64,000 nt of DNA, taken from positions 75,702,001-75,766,000 of the forward strand of contig NC_079171.1 of NCBI RefSeq assembly GCF_947568905.1, written 5' to 3'. The notes beneath the pieces are model-generated. The model ran no database searches. It had not been told where the DNA came from and saw only the letters and a list, made by a program, of their open reading frames with translations. Positions 12,540 through 26,170 of this stretch are shown one piece after another. The stretch comes from Ostrea edulis (taxonomy: Eukaryota). Numbering within the stretch: the first letter of the stretch is position 1; every line of letters starts with the position of its first letter. The translations under genes were made by a program, and so were the position numbers.

Positions 12540-13080
12540 CATTTCTATAGAGGAGATATAAAATACAATTATATCAAAGTTGCATTGTTCATGGGGGCTT
12601 TCTTTAAAGATTATTTACGAGAAAATAGCAGTTGTGTACAAGTCAATGCTATTAAAACTCTGTTATACTGGGCTTTTTCAAGATCTAAAGAATGTCGGTA
12701 AGCATTGACTGTGAGTATTATTAAAACACCTTTCTTGGGTAGTTTCAGAACACAGTCGCTGTAGAGGTCACTCCACTTGAAATATGTTGTTAAATGTTTG
12801 TTTCAGAGGCGGCTTGCCATTGATCACAATACACATGGAACTGTGGGTGTTAACTTAAATTTGGTTTCTTGGAGGAATTGGCATGGCTTATGAGATAGTA
12901 AAACCTGGTTTTGATGACTTCAAGTAGATATATATTACACCTACGTCACAATCAGATGTAGAAACAGAACCAGGTTTCTGCTTCCCAAAACGTGCGTTTT
13001 GTTTGATTTTTTACATGATACTATGATTATTCGCCATCGATTCCTCCAGAGTCTTTCTTATCAGCTGAGGTTAAAATCAA
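12540..13080 (+). pseudogene. Decayed LRR-coding segment
   Basis: NAIKTLLYWAFS, IKTPFLGSFR..SLHLKY, LHLRHNQM, IPPESF. The paralog reads LDLRHNQM at 60235-60258. Confidence 0.55.
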
Positions 13081-13804
13081 AGTTGAGATTGTGTTACAAA
13101 GGGCGGGGGGGGGGGTCAAGGCGATTCAAGCTTTAGAAGAAGTCGGTTGCAGAACAAATGGCATTGTTTGCGGATGAAAGCGCGCCGATTGCATTATGCA
13201 TATCTATGATGCATTCAGTGTACATTTATTATTCATGGATGTAAAAGTGTTGCAATGATCTGAGTTGGTACGTATGGTCAACATATGGAATTTCGGGACA
13301 TCAGGAAGTTGGGGAGACGGATGGGAAAGGGGAGGTGGCACCAATGCAGATTTCCACTAGTATCATGATATCAGCTGATAATATTTCACTTTGTTGTGAG
13401 GACACAATATCAAAGCTAGTTTCTTTTAATTTGATGTTTTTATTTACATTGCATGCAATTATAGATATGAACAGGGATCAATCTCACAACTCCTACACGC
13501 AATGTAAAATATATAGTTGACCAAACTTTATGATAGCAGATTATTCTTCATTTTTTTAATACATGATATGCGGGAAGATGATATCCATATTATATTGTAA
13601 CGTTGAAACCGCCCCTAATTTTAATGACTAATGTGTTTAAAAATTCACTCACGTGCATACATATTACAATTGTACAGAATAGTGGTAACATTCAGATCCA
13701 CCAACTATAACCCACAATACATTTTTTCTGATACATATTTTATATATCTCAATGCGTCTGAAAAGTGTAGGAAATAACTGCTGTCTTGTGTATTAAAGGT
13801 ATGG

Positions 13805-14092
13805 TAAGTACTTCGTTACTAGTTTGAAAATACGTATGCATTTTTAATTGCTGTGATAAAATTTAGAAATTAATTTTAAAATTAAGGATTATTTCCGTCA
13901 TACATATCTCTTATCATTAGACGAATTTTAACTTCACTTTTGGGCACTCTATTTCCCCCTATAATAGCTCTAGCAAGTTTATTGTTGTTGGGTTTTTTTT
14001 TTCGGATTTTAAACATTTCAGATGAGCATCACTGAAAATACATTATTTGTCGAAATGTTATCATCAAAATTGGTACCGTATAAGTTTTACAT
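13805..14092 (+). mobile_element. Retrozyme-like copy with a dead hammerhead (14026-14060)
   Basis: Core reads CTGAAAA and stem III is deleted; ends in ttttacat. Absent from the paralogous site at ~61225-61240. Confidence 0.8.
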
Positions 14093-15030
14093 CTATAGGA
14101 ATGTGAACAAATCTTGTAATTCGTAATGGATGTTAATATGTTCTTAAGGTATATGGTCGACAACATCCATAATCGCAATGTTCAATTTCTATCCTGGTGT
14201 TGAAAAATCCAAGAATAGGCTACCTTTTAAATAACATATTAAAAACTCTCCATTGAATAGAGCAAAGTCTTGTGCAAATATAATATGAACGTAAATGTTT
14301 GTTGGCGTGATGTAAAATTGAATCAAGTCTGACATCGTGCATACTTGTTCTTTCATGTGAACGGTGCTAATGGTTGCGTTTACGTCTACGGGCTGTCGAA
14401 AAGAGCCCCGTCATATATACGTTATTTCTTTGTGGACTAGTCACATTCCCTACCTTGTCGTTATCAGCATTATATTGCATCCGTAAGAAAACACAGTGTT
14501 TGAATTTCTGATCCAATGATTTTCTTATTTTCTATGAAAAGGGTTATTTAATGCTATATAGTTTGTATGAGAGTATTTGTTTTCTAGAATATTAACACCC
14601 ATGGAGAAGATAGAGTGGTCAGGGGAAATTAAAAGGTTAAGAGAAATTGGTTGCAATCGTTACTAATTTGAAATATGTGTCCCGATTTTTTATCAAGTGA
14701 ACCCTTAGTTTCTCCGACACAAATTAAGCCATAGAGGGTAAACCCGATAACGTTGAAAACATTAGGAAATTTACAGGTCAAGGTATCAAAGGTTTTGGTA
14801 CAGAAAATACGTCGGTGAAAATACCAGTAAATGAAATTATAAATATCAATATATCGTAAGTTTTATTTATCCTTATCAAATTATTGACGATCAAGCGGAC
14901 AAATTTAAAAGTGAGACGACTTAATATACGGTAGGAAATGCAATAACAAAAGTCAACAGGGAAACTACCAAACAAGACACAGGGCGGTGTAAAATGATAG
15001 ACAAACACGTTTTGCTGAGGCCGTAGGGGA

Positions 15031-15184
15031 CACTTTTTTGCACAGTTTTGTTTCCCTTAAAGGAGCTTTAAAACATCATTGTTATTTTGGATTTCAAACA
15101 TTTCGGTTGAGCACCACTGAGGATACATCATTTGTCGAAATGCGCATCTGGGGCATCAAAATTGATACCGTATAAGTTTCACAT
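15031..15184 (+). mobile_element. 5'-truncated retrozyme-like copy
   Basis: Unit match ending in tttcacat. The paralogous empty site is at ~16100-16120 (ggacacatagtaaa). Confidence 0.8.
15111..15154 (+). ncRNA. Type I hammerhead ribozyme motif, core intact, stem II closing pair broken
   Basis: gcacca ctgagga taca tcatt tgtc gaaa tgcgca tc tggggc. Confidence 0.75.
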
Positions 15185-16559
15185 AGTAAATGGATGCTTA
15201 ATAACAACGAATAAAACCTGCAATAAATGAGGGAAAGTATAAATCACATACATTAGAAACATGACAGTTGTCTACCAGATTATGATTATGATTATGATTG
15301 TGTATTTTCTGTAAATCGGAATAAATGTCCGTGTCATGGTAGATGTGGATGTAGACGGAGCGACATTATGAATGCTGAATAACTCCGGCGCGATTTAGCT
15401 GAATGTCTGACATCGTTCATACTTGTTCTTTCATATGAAAGGTGTTAATGGCTGCGTTTACGTCTCTGAACTGTCGAAAAGAGTTTCATCATGTATACGT
15501 TATTTCTTTGTGGACTAGTCACATCCCCTTCATTGTCGTCATCAGCATTATTTTGCATCCATAAGAAAATACAATATTTGAATTTCTGATCCAGTGATTT
15601 TCTCATTTTCTATGAAAAGGGTTATTTAATGCTGTATTGTTTGTATGAAAGTATTTGTTTTCTAGAATATTAACACCTATGGACAAAATAGAGTGGTCAT
15701 GGGAATTTAAAACTTTAAGAGAAATTGGTCGCAATCGTTATTTATTTGAAATATGTGTCCCGATTCTTTTATTAAGTGAAACCTTATTTTTCTCGAGACA
15801 AATTAAACATATAGGATACACCTAATACCGTTGAAAACATTAGGAAATTTACAGGTCATGATATTAAAGGTTTTGGTACAGAAACGACGTCGGTGAAAAT
15901 ACTACTAAATAAATTTATAGATATCAATGTATCGCAAATTTTATTTATCCTTATGAAATTGTTGACGAACAGGCGGTAAATCTTAACATCAATCGACTTC
16001 ATTTACGGTAGGAAATCAAATAACAAAATTCAACAGGGGAATTACTAAACATAAAACAGGGCGGTGTAAAAGGATACATAAACACGTTTTGCTGTGGCCG
16101 TACAGGACACATAGTAAAGGGATGCTTAATAACAAACGATAAAACCTGCAATAAATGAGGAAAATTATAAATCATATACATTTGAAACATGACAGTTGTC
16201 CATCAGATTAAGATTATCTAATATCTGTAAATTGGAATGAATGTCCGTGTCATGGTATATTTGAATGCAACCGGAGCGACATTATAAATGCTGAATAAAT
16301 CCGGCGCGAGCTGGACTATAGTTAGCCAAAATGTATAGAGGGCCGTTTGGGACAAAATATGAAATTGATATTTCCAAGCCCTCAAGAAAATTTATAACCG
16401 CATGTACATGTATTAGATATTACAATGGGAATTGTGAGGTCATTTCGTACAATGTTGGAATATCATAAGAATAGAATAAACGCTGGTCACTTTGTTGTAA
16501 TCAGCAACACTATTTCTTTGCTTGGCAAAGAAACGATGATCGCATTATGAGTTTTGCGC

Positions 16560-17330
16560 TTAGAGTACAAGAATCTGAATGTGTATTCTAATGTACGAGT
16601 AGGTGAAATCGAAACGGTCTGATCACCAGAAAACGGGTTTTGACGGTTTCAGAAAACTCAAAGATTGCTGTCTGAATTTACAAATCAACGATACAGTAAT
16701 GCCTGTTGCACAACCTATGACATAACTACCATTCAACGTTAGCAACAATATCCACAACACACTGATTGAAATGGAAGAAGAAAATAATATAATAAAGAGA
16801 TTGTATATACCTTTAGCATTAATTTCAACTTTTCTCGTCACACACAAAAAAACAGCGATATACGAATATGTGTTGATAAGCGTGCCGTAAATACAACTAT
16901 AAGGTGTGCGCGTCATCAGATACCGACAGTTGATTTATATGTTAGAAGACAGGATGGGAAACAAAGTGTTTTGAAAATCCGGTGTGCGTTAGGGATATCA
17001 TCAATTTGAAGTTGAGAAAGTGTCATGGAAAATCACTACGTTCAAAGCATTCAGAGGTCTCTACAATTACCAATGTCTGGTGTTTTGAATCTCGTCTGAT
17101 GAACATATCACAAATCACTGACCTGTATCGTCTTGCCGAAATGGACGCCATTGGTGAGGATGGAACGTTGTATACCTGGGATACAGTCATACACCTTCAA
17201 ACTAGTGTATACACCCGTGCCTTAAAATGCAGCCGATGGAGAAAGTGGAAAATATTTCAAATGAAATTGCCCATTTATTTGCAATTTATCAAGCGTATAT
17301 ATGTACACTGCTTTTATAACATGCAGTATC
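16560..17330 (+). pseudogene. Decayed LRR-coding segment
   Basis: FDGFRKLKDCCLNL (~16638), FNVSNNI, FKAFRGLYNYQCL (17041-17079), NVVYLGYS (17164-17187, same frame), IPGIQSYTF. Related to ~21280-21340. Confidence 0.6.
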
Positions 17331-17386
17331 ATTTTTTTATTGTGTACAGCATGGGTATGCATTGTAATATAGGTGTTATCTAAATA

Positions 17387-17421
17387 AATACTATTACTAC
17401 TACTACTACTACTACTACTAC

Positions 17422-17475
<54 letters not shown>

Positions 17476-17482
17476 CAGTATT
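17387..17482. repeat. Palindromic microsatellite (TAC)n-(TAG)n
   Basis: A TAC run is followed directly by its reverse complement TAG run, centred on actagt at 17420-17425. Confidence 0.95.
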
Positions 17483-18075
17483 GCAATCGATGCTGTTCCA
17501 AAAGCTCCTACTATCAACAAGGTTCGGCGAAATGTCAAAGAGGATCGTGAGATAAGGCACAACGTAATAGTCACAATGTTTATTGTGCTAAGCTGAACCT
17601 GATTATTAATGACAAAAAACATGACGAATATTCCGACTAATCTTGCGCATGAGTGATATTTTGCAATAATTCATAGACAACGACGGCAGTGCAAAAAAAA
17701 GTATAGCGGTCAGACATCCGCACTGAATTTGGAAAAAATAGAATAAAACAAATAATCAATGTCAATTGCTGACTAACACATGTAAGCCGGAACCGGTAAA
17801 ACAAACAACTATGCCTGACCCACCGTGTTAGGATCCAGTCATTGACTTAATGGACCAGTCTCCCTCGGACGACAATTTACATGTAGTGGTTGATTAATAT
17901 TTAAGATACCAACAAGTAGTTATTGTGAAGATGATCATATACAGGTGATAATGGAATGCTGCTGCATAAATATGGAAATTTGACAATGGAGAAGATGAAA
18001 TCATCCCATTTGTCATACAGTTGAGCCGTCAATTTTTTGTTAAAATCTACTTTCATTAAAATATCTAAGTAATAC

Positions 18076-18215
18076 CTATAACGTAGACATGGCCGACTCT
18101 ATGGTGTCTTTTATTTCGAGCTCACAGGGATATATCGAATCGACATATGAACGAAGATGATCAATGTCAATAGACAAAACGTCACCCATATATTTAAATG
18201 CACTGCTAAGGGATA
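18076..18215 (-). mobile_element. Internal Penelope-like RT fragment
   Basis: YMGDVLSIDIDHLRSYVDSIYPCELEIKDTIES matches YIDDVLTINNDSFHSYVDLINPCELEIKDTTES of the 1060..1614 ORF. Flanked by ~110-bp direct repeats (17745-17855 and 18285-18395). Confidence 0.75.
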
Positions 18216-19709
18216 ATTGGCACACAAATGACAATGCAAAACAAGTATAGTAGTCAGGTATCGACACGGAAGTTGAAAAAAAATCAAAACAAGTAACCAA
18301 TGTCAATTGCTGACTAATACATGTAAGCCGGGACCGGTAAAACAAACAACTATACCTGACCCACCGTGTCAGAATCCAGCCATTGACTTGATTACTACTT
18401 AATATACCAACAAGTAATACCAACACGGACCCATTTTGGAGATCACCACAAGTGATAGAATAACCACTCATTTGGAAGCAAATTTTGGCAAACATGACAT
18501 ATTCCGTACAATTCGAAGTGACAATGATTATTGTACGACTTGTTCACGGGAGTGTGTGTAGTTCCAGGTTAATATAAACTAACAATAGTCAGTCCGCATG
18601 AGTGATTTTATGAAACCAAAAGCTCAAGCAAATGTCATAGTAATTTTGTGACTTTTCTGTTTTATTATTTTTTACCGGCCTTCCTTACATGTGAATTGCA
18701 GCTTTAATAAAAGAGTTCACGACACAATCGTTATTTTTTTTAATCTTGATAAAAAGTGTCCCAATTCACTGACGTAAACCAAAGTACGAGTATAAATATA
18801 TGGAACACCCCCTTTACTTGGACGGCACTACAGCAAGTCAATAATTTACAACTAACCAGTCATCTATTAATTGAAAATCTTAAATTAGAAATAGAGATGG
18901 ATATTGCTGTGTTTTCTTTCTCTTTAAAGTATCAAAGACCTGCAAATAAACCTCCTAAAAACTGACATACACAATGATCAACAAGATACGTCGAACTTTA
19001 TTTATATGTTGTTAACACATGGAAAATGTACGTAAAATAATTGATGTGCATTGCCTATTCCCACAATACAATAAAATAACTACAAGCATTTCTTTACAAG
19101 AAAGAGACTTTGTATTTGCACATTTCAAAACAGATTATCATTTCTGTTTCCAGATTTACTAACTTTGATTAAAGTTAATCAACTCCTAAGGATCTCCGAT
19201 AGACTTTACAATATCTTAGGTGTCAAGTACAGCTTTCGATATCCCCACTGCATATATCTTTAATAAGAAGCGGTGCAGTGATATCAATGTTTGTTCAGTC
19301 ACAACAGGATCAGACTCCGACATAAAATAACTTATAATGAAAAGACAAGAGTTACATGTCGTAAGTGGTTATTGAAATTACAAAAATGTCCCGGGTTAAC
19401 ACCTACATACTTGGCTGTAGAGATTTAGTTTCACTGCAAATCTGAAACACAAGTGTAGGACCACATCAGAGACACTGCAGAAATCATAAATCATTAGTTG
19501 TTATAACGGTTTCAATATCAGAGTAAAATTATCTCAAAATTACAGAAAGCATAAGCGAATGTCCTCGCTGTAGAAGACTGTATCTTAGTATGATTGGTGT
19601 GAATTCATCAATACAATTACAAAAATCAGAGTGATACCAAACCCAATCTGACACCCAAGCAGTTCCAGAAAGCAATCCTGGGGACATCTCTCGGACTGCT
19701 CTCTCAAAA

Positions 19710-19830
19710 AGTGGGACTGCTTCGGGACTGCTCTTGGAGTGCTCTCTCAAAAAGTGAGACCGCTGTGGGACTGCTCTGGGACTGCTCTCTCAAAAAGTGG
19801 GACTGTTATGGGACTGCTCTGGGGCTGCTC
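19710..19830. repeat. Short tandem repeat (GGGACTGCTCT subunits, ~46-bp period)
   Basis: Three copies of ctctctcaaaaagtg interleaved with gggactgct(c/t) motifs. Confidence 0.8.
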
Positions 19831-20859
19831 CTTGACTACTCTAGGGGAAAGCTTTCTAGGACGGATTTGTGCACCAAATAATTAATGAATCATGTGGTGT
19901 AATGATTGACAAGGACTCATTTTAAGTTGTTTTTTTTAAAGAAGCAGATTTTACATGAATGTGAACAATTTACTCCTTGTTTTTCCACTAAATCATGATT
20001 TTATGTAAAATTTTACAAGTATGTGTAGTTCAGTGATTTTTTCATGTAAAGAGAAACAAAAAATATTTACCTGTCAGCGCCTGCGTTAGTCGTTGTGACA
20101 TATTCGATGTTAGATTTTTTAATCCAGAGTGAAAAAAGCACGCTTCAGATTCAATTATAATTTGCTTTATCAATTTTAATTGGCCAATTACATTTGAAAA
20201 GGGAAATTCATTGGACCATTTATTAGATAGACGAGTTTATGCATGCTTCTTGGGGGGAGATTGGGTATGGTGTCGGCACCTTCGATCTGAAGGGGAAGCT
20301 ACTCAGGTATACTGTGTCCATGGCGACGTGAGACACCAAATGTCGTCGTGTGTTCACAGGTTTCAAAACCGGGCTATCATAAGTTTCAAACAAGCTATTA
20401 TTGTTAAATGTTGTTGTCGGTAACGCTTTGGACACGTCTATTAGGAAACATGCACTTTACAAACACTACACCCTCGATTTCAGTTAAAACATCATGTACA
20501 TATACGCTTTGATTGAAATTTTCATAATTATATAAACCTGTCTAAATATGGTAGTGAAATTAAACAATTTTACAATGCTGGTGATAAGTAACCTATATCT
20601 AACCAATCATTTTCAAATCATAAATACGTGTGCACGTAAGTGGAAAGCAGTTTTTGCTAGTTTAATATAGACGATACGTGAATAAATCATTTAGGCGACT
20701 TTAAACATAATTATTTCAATAACCCAGACAAGAACTAAATAAAGTTGTGTCTGGTTTTTACTGTACTGATTGTTAGGCCGTTTTTGGAACAGTGATTTCG
20801 CTAAAGATAACTCCGTTCACTTGATCAATATAGAGGACTCAGGGCGGATGTGACCAGTT

Positions 20860-21800
20860 GACAGGGGGTACTTACTCTTCCTGGGTAACTGATCATACAT
20901 CTGGTATATCCAATGATCCGTGTTTACCCAACTCCATATTTTGTATTGCTTTTAGGAGTTATCAGATTGATCGCTCTTCGTTTTATCCATCTTTCATTGT
21001 AAAAAATATTTGTATACCGGTATATAGCTGTTTATTTATCAATCTTAAATGTCTATTGAATAGTTGCCTTAGTAGTCCTACCACATCGTGTAAATATTTC
21101 TTACAATATGATTGTACAACTAGTGGTACAATGCGTGAATCCGTGCAGGATGCTTTTGATTTGAAGGCATATATGGAGTAGGTGTTCTATGAAAGGTGTA
21201 TTGAAAGATACGGTTTAACCTATACCAATTCTGAAGAAAAACAGTTAAACACCTCTTGTCTGCGTTAGATAACTTTACTATAAGTGAAATCGAAAAAGTG
21301 TCATCGCCAGAAAACGGGTTTTTGACGTTGTCGACAACTTTTTCCTCCGGTACTTTGATCACCATTCTGAACCCTGGATAATCTTTATTGTCTTGAATAT
21401 GGTATGTTCATCAATCACGCTGTCAAATTTGCAAATATTTTAAGGCTTCACAAACTTAGTATATGTAGTATATGTAGTAAACTGATAATTTATAATTCTG
21501 TCATCGTATCTTTTAAGTTAGCATGATTGATATTTGAGCAGATACGTCGAATAGTATCAAATTTAATGGTATTTCTCACCAAAAAAAACTTGATGTTAAA
21601 AGAAATAGGGTAATTCATATATTTCTGAGCAAAATCCACATAGATAAATACTTACACTAATCTCAAAAAACTGTCTTCCACTCAGTCAAGTTCTTGCTCA
21701 CACCTATTAGTGTTCTTGTTCTAAATACCTTTATACATTAATGAAGATCTCATGGTCCTAACATACAACCACAATTACTTTAGCATACACCATTTATTGG
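20860..21800. repeat. Segmental duplication (paralog ~26680-27560), LRR-like content
   Basis: tacaatgcgtgaatccgtgcagga..atatggagtaggtgttctatgaaaggtgtatt is present in both. The paralog reads IPDWCSYFKGLYTLMK. Confidence 0.85.
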
Positions 21801-22948
21801 CATTGGATATGTGTATGTAACCAAAGAAACATAATAAGCAATCATTTCACTCGCATTTGAAAGCAAACATTTTCCTTACAATATCAATATAAACCTCTTC
21901 ATAGGGATTTAGATTTTGTTGTGACGTGACACGTTGCGAAATGCCATTAGCTACATTTTAACACGGTACAGCAATATTTTTCTTCATATGCCTTAGTTAT
22001 ATTTCGTTTCATTTATTCCCTTCTTGAAGTCGCACATCATTTTCAAATGCTACATATTAGCACGGTGTATATGATAGTGCTGCTATTCCTTTCTTTCTAC
22101 ATATACGCTGTTTATTACACACAGCTTGGTAAAACTGATTTACATCGCAAACCTCTTACAGAGACATAACATGTTTGCCCTGTGGTCTAAATATCTGGCA
22201 AAATATACATTATATTATTTCTTCACTCCAATAACAATCAATCTCAATCATGACAGACGCAAGCCTATACCATATGGTAATATTTGTAGGCACACATCCT
22301 ACACATGAAGTAGACCTTCCAACATACAAGTCTGCAGCAGCGGTATCTCATCGGTTAGCATGTAGGCAATTCAACCAAGCCGTGTCATGTATAAAAAAAT
22401 AATAATAAAATGGTGATTGAAGTGGGAAAAAAACAAGAACTACAACAAATAAGCATATGCCATATCAGTTCTGAGATTAATCAGCGTTTGTTATTTTGAC
22501 TTTTCCATGGCACCTGTACTTCAACTGTTTTTCTGTGAATACCAAAAACTTCGTGATGAGCGAACAATGCATTTGCATAGATTATATCATGGTGTATACT
22601 TAATTTCAAACTCATATGTTACCTGAAAGAAGATAAAAGGCTGATATATTCGCTGCATCCACTAAAATCAAACCCAGTAACCATAGCTACGTATATGTAG
22701 CACGACAGGAAATAATGACGAGGAAATGATTTCGGAAATCAGGTTTATCACACTGCGGTGTTTATGTTTTATTACTAGGCTTTCTTATGTACCAAAGTGT
22801 AGATAACCTGTTGTAATAATAATGAGTCACGATGTGAAATGGTTACATATTATATTTTGATTATTTCTAGACAAGAATACAATTATATAGAACCATGTGA
22901 TGGTATATGTCATACGTATATACAATACAAACATATGTATGTTCCCAG

Positions 22949-23026
22949 ATAGTCTTACCGGACACACTTGAACTACAGAGGCCAATGTAGATACGGTAGC
23001 GTCAAGTAGAGTCACTTGAGTTTTGA
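22949..23026 (+). pseudogene. LRRNT-like exon, copy 1 (in-frame stop)
   Basis: cccAG acceptor and GTGAGT donor; SYRTHLNYRGQCRYGSVK*SHLSF. Colinear with 31629-31707. Confidence 0.45.
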
Positions 23027-23239
23027 GTGAGTGAATCCAACTATTTGTCGGTGTCAGTTCTACCCTCATGTTAAAGGGCATTGCTGATCCTTTTTGCATA
23101 TGCTATATTCGGTATCATTCATTTTCTTTAAATTGGGCTCAATTCCTTTTCCTTATTGTGAGATCAATGGAAAATAATGCTATACAGAAATTTTGATTCC
23201 TATGGGAAACAAAATTAATCTAAATATACAGCAAACAAA

Positions 23240-23824
23240 ACCAAACGTAGTGTATAGTAAACAAAATCAAACCTATTAGACAGTACACAAATCAAAACAA
23301 AATCAATTATAGTGTACAGTAAATAAAATCAAACCTACTAGACAGTACACAAAACAAAACAAAATTAATTATAGTGTACAGTAAAGAAAATCAAACCTAC
23401 TAGACAGTACACAAAACAAAACAACATCAATTATAGTGTACAGTAAAGAAAATCAAACCTACTAGACAGTACACGAAACAAAACAAAATCAATTATAGTG
23501 TACAGTAAATAAAATCAAACCTACTAGACAGTACACAAAACAAAACAAAATCAATTATAGTGGACAGTAAATAAAATCAAACCTACTAGACAGTACACAA
23601 AACAAAACAAAATTAATTATAGTGTACAGTAAAGAAAATCAAACCTACTAGACAGTGCACAAAACAAAACAACATCAATTATAGTGTACAGTAAAGAAAA
23701 TCAAACCTACTAGACAGTACACGAAACAAAACAAAATCAATTATAGTGTACAGTAAATAAAATCAAACCTACTAAACAGTACACAAAACAAAACAAAATC
23801 AATTATAGTGTACAGTAAATAAAA
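23240..23824. repeat. 62-bp minisatellite with a 4-unit (248-bp) higher-order duplication
   Basis: Unit starts (gacagtacac) at 23341, 23403, 23465, 23527, 23589, 23651, 23713. Diagnostic variants recur every fourth unit. Confidence 0.95.
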
Positions 23825-24249
23825 TGAATCTTGGGTAATCTTACCGACCATGTGTATAGAGGCTCAGACAGGTCCCATTGAGTAAGTAAGTAAGTAATTT
23901 TTATTTAAAGTCGGAACTATATACAGGTAACAATAAACATGAGCTAAGACAATTAGTCTTATTAGTGTGACTTCAGTTAGGAATGAATTGATCCAATTAA
24001 TGTATTTTGGTGTGAAATTGTGGACTTCTATCATTGCATTCTATGTGATTAAATATCTCCAAATTAGATGGATATCGTAAAACATTGGTCGAAATTTGGT
24101 CGACATTTACTTCATTCCTTTGGTAATTAAAATGCATCTTTATCATTAGTGAATGGAATAATTCCAAGTTGACGTAAAACAAAATCAACCCAGGGGTCCG
24201 TGTTTGTCACTCTTTTTTTTGTTTGCTGATAGGATTTATGAGATAGATT

Positions 24250-26170
24250 ATTGAGCACGGTTTTTCGAAACCTGGTTAACTTTAACACAGATGCTAAGTT
24301 TAATGGAGTGTTAACTCTTAACCAAGCGATCAGGTAACACAATGGTTAAATTCTTTTTTTCGAAAGCAATTTAACACTTTCGTTAGTCCACACTGTGCTA
24401 ACCGATTTAACCTACTAATCATGCCATTACTCATAATGCACATGCACTTCCTATGTAAACAATAAGAATACAGGAGTAAATAAAAGTTTTGTTTGTGGGA
24501 AATAGCTGTTGAAATGTCCATGCATTGGTTAGTTTCGAAATACATGACCATGACTATGGGTCATGTATTTATACTTGTAAATGTATTCATTAGTCTATTC
24601 AATTTGAATAATCATAGAGGTGTTAGAACATTATATAATGATACCTACTAGGCCTCAGCCTAATTGAGAAAAACGATGCTTATGTTGTAGAAAGCAGGCT
24701 CATTGCATACTTTATCAAAGCGGAGCTTTATAAGGACTCGGACAAGTTGACTTCACAATTGTCTGAACATATTTGACAAGCCAAAACAAAATAATTTATA
24801 ACCCCACCCCCTTAAAATGAATTATTTCGTACGGACCGAACCTGAAATTATGTCAAATACTAAATTGCGTGAGGGGGGGGGGGGGGGAGTCATCCTCTAC
24901 CAGTAAAATATAGGAGTTCAGTTCAAGCTGAAATTCCAGTAGAGTACCAATATCTGGTACTATGATATGAACAAGTGGGGGAGGGGGTGTGATACTCTGC
25001 ATGTAAAAATAACAGTAAACGTATGTTGTCTGAAATGAGATGGTTGTGTGCTACACGTCTTGAAAATTAACAAAAGCAATAAAACCTATGATTTTCTATA
25101 TTGTTTAATTCATAATTGGACAACATTTATGAGAGGGTTTGGACGACGATGCTAGCCTATACAAATATCTATTTTTTTAAGAAAATCTAAATATCTTTTG
25201 TTTTCTGCTCTTAGTCTTATTTACCCCAAAACAGTTAAACATATTGATGGAGAAAATGATAAACCAATTTACCTTATGATAATCTGTTCACATATATATC
25301 TATATAATTTTATATCTATGTTGTTTTTATGCATTTATTTATTTTAATATTCTTTTTGTTTTAAACATAATACTTGATCCATCACATAATTTCTACTAAG
25401 GGAGGTTTATCTGGAATATCAACAATGAAAAACTATTCTTCCTAAAAGTGTGTTAACTGTATAAGCCTGAATTCAATACTGTTCATATTAGATAACCTTC
25501 AAAAAAGAAAATACATGTATGTACGTGTTCATGCATGCAGATACTAATTTGAATAAGTTTTATATGATACAAGGGATTTTCAAAAGGTCAAGGCAAGTGC
25601 AGACGATATTGTTTTTTTTTAAGTTTTAAAGTTTGTGTTTCAATGGAGATTATCATCATGAACTAAGGGCCTGCATGCACTTTGACATATGGAAGCCAGT
25701 CAATTTGTAAAATTACATCTTAAGCATGGATCCTATTGCAGGATTTCATATAGATGAATCTAATACGAGTTGTATTAACCCCATGATCCCCCCTTATTGA
25801 AAGGTAATGCCGAAAGTATCTACATATACGTGCAATATATTGCCAGTGAAAGAAAAGTTGAACACCATTATCCAGCTGTACTAGTTTTCCCATTAGATAT
25901 CCCCCTTAGGTAAATTGCATGGTATTTGACGAATATATCAATTTATGGCAGCATAATTAACACACCGTCATAGTTCAGCATCAGTACACACCTCAAAATG
26001 TCTGAGCCTTTGACATTTTCATGATTTTTGGTCTGAGGAGGACATAAATTGAAGGCGGTGGCCATTTTTAACCACTGTGTTAAGACTTAACACCGGTACT
26101 GGAGGTGGATTAAAGTTAACACAACGTTAACACAGTGTTAACGCAAACTTGTATTTTGAAAGCGAGGAAT
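24250..26170 (-). mobile_element. Probable decayed PIF/Harbinger DNA transposon
   Basis: Minus-strand remnants: MATAF.., FEVCTDAEL (~26005-25975; cf. Harbinger N-terminus), FYKLTGF (~25715; cf. FYxxAGFPxVxGCIDG). The ends are rich in gttaac/ttaacacag motifs. TIRs are only weakly recognisable. Confidence 0.4.

Larger units (their letters stand above)
12500..14640. repeat. Segmental duplication (paralog ~59860-61755)
   Basis: gatttacgagaaaatagcagttgtgtacaagtcaatgct (~12610) vs ~59915; gtaacgttgaaaccgcccctaatttt (~13597) vs ~61025. Confidence 0.9.
14320..16310. repeat. Local tandem duplication (14320-15000 vs 15400-16070; 15185-15420 vs 16110-16310), LRR-like content
   Basis: Near-identical blocks (ttatttctttgtggactagtcacat; gaaaacattaggaaatttacaggtca). 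Frames include GNAITKVNRE and GNQITKFNRG. Confidence 0.85.

Noticed and set aside
12160-13080. TIR domain or TLR juxtamembrane motif (minus-strand WRNRWRI)
   Set aside because: No TIR box motifs follow it, and the plus strand gives better LRR matches (LHLRHNQ, LDLRHNQ).
17222-17622. ORFs with poly-Thr/Ser and poly-Leu/Val tracts
   Set aside because: They are translations of the (TAC)n(TAG)n microsatellite.
18700-19700. ISL2EU/Harbinger-like transposase remnant on the minus strand
   Set aside because: Only vague helix-turn-helix-like words, with no catalytic motif or TIR identified; too weak to report.
23240-23824. CRISPR-like array
   Set aside because: Units are contiguous near-identical 62-mers with no unique spacers, there are no cas genes, and the context is eukaryotic.
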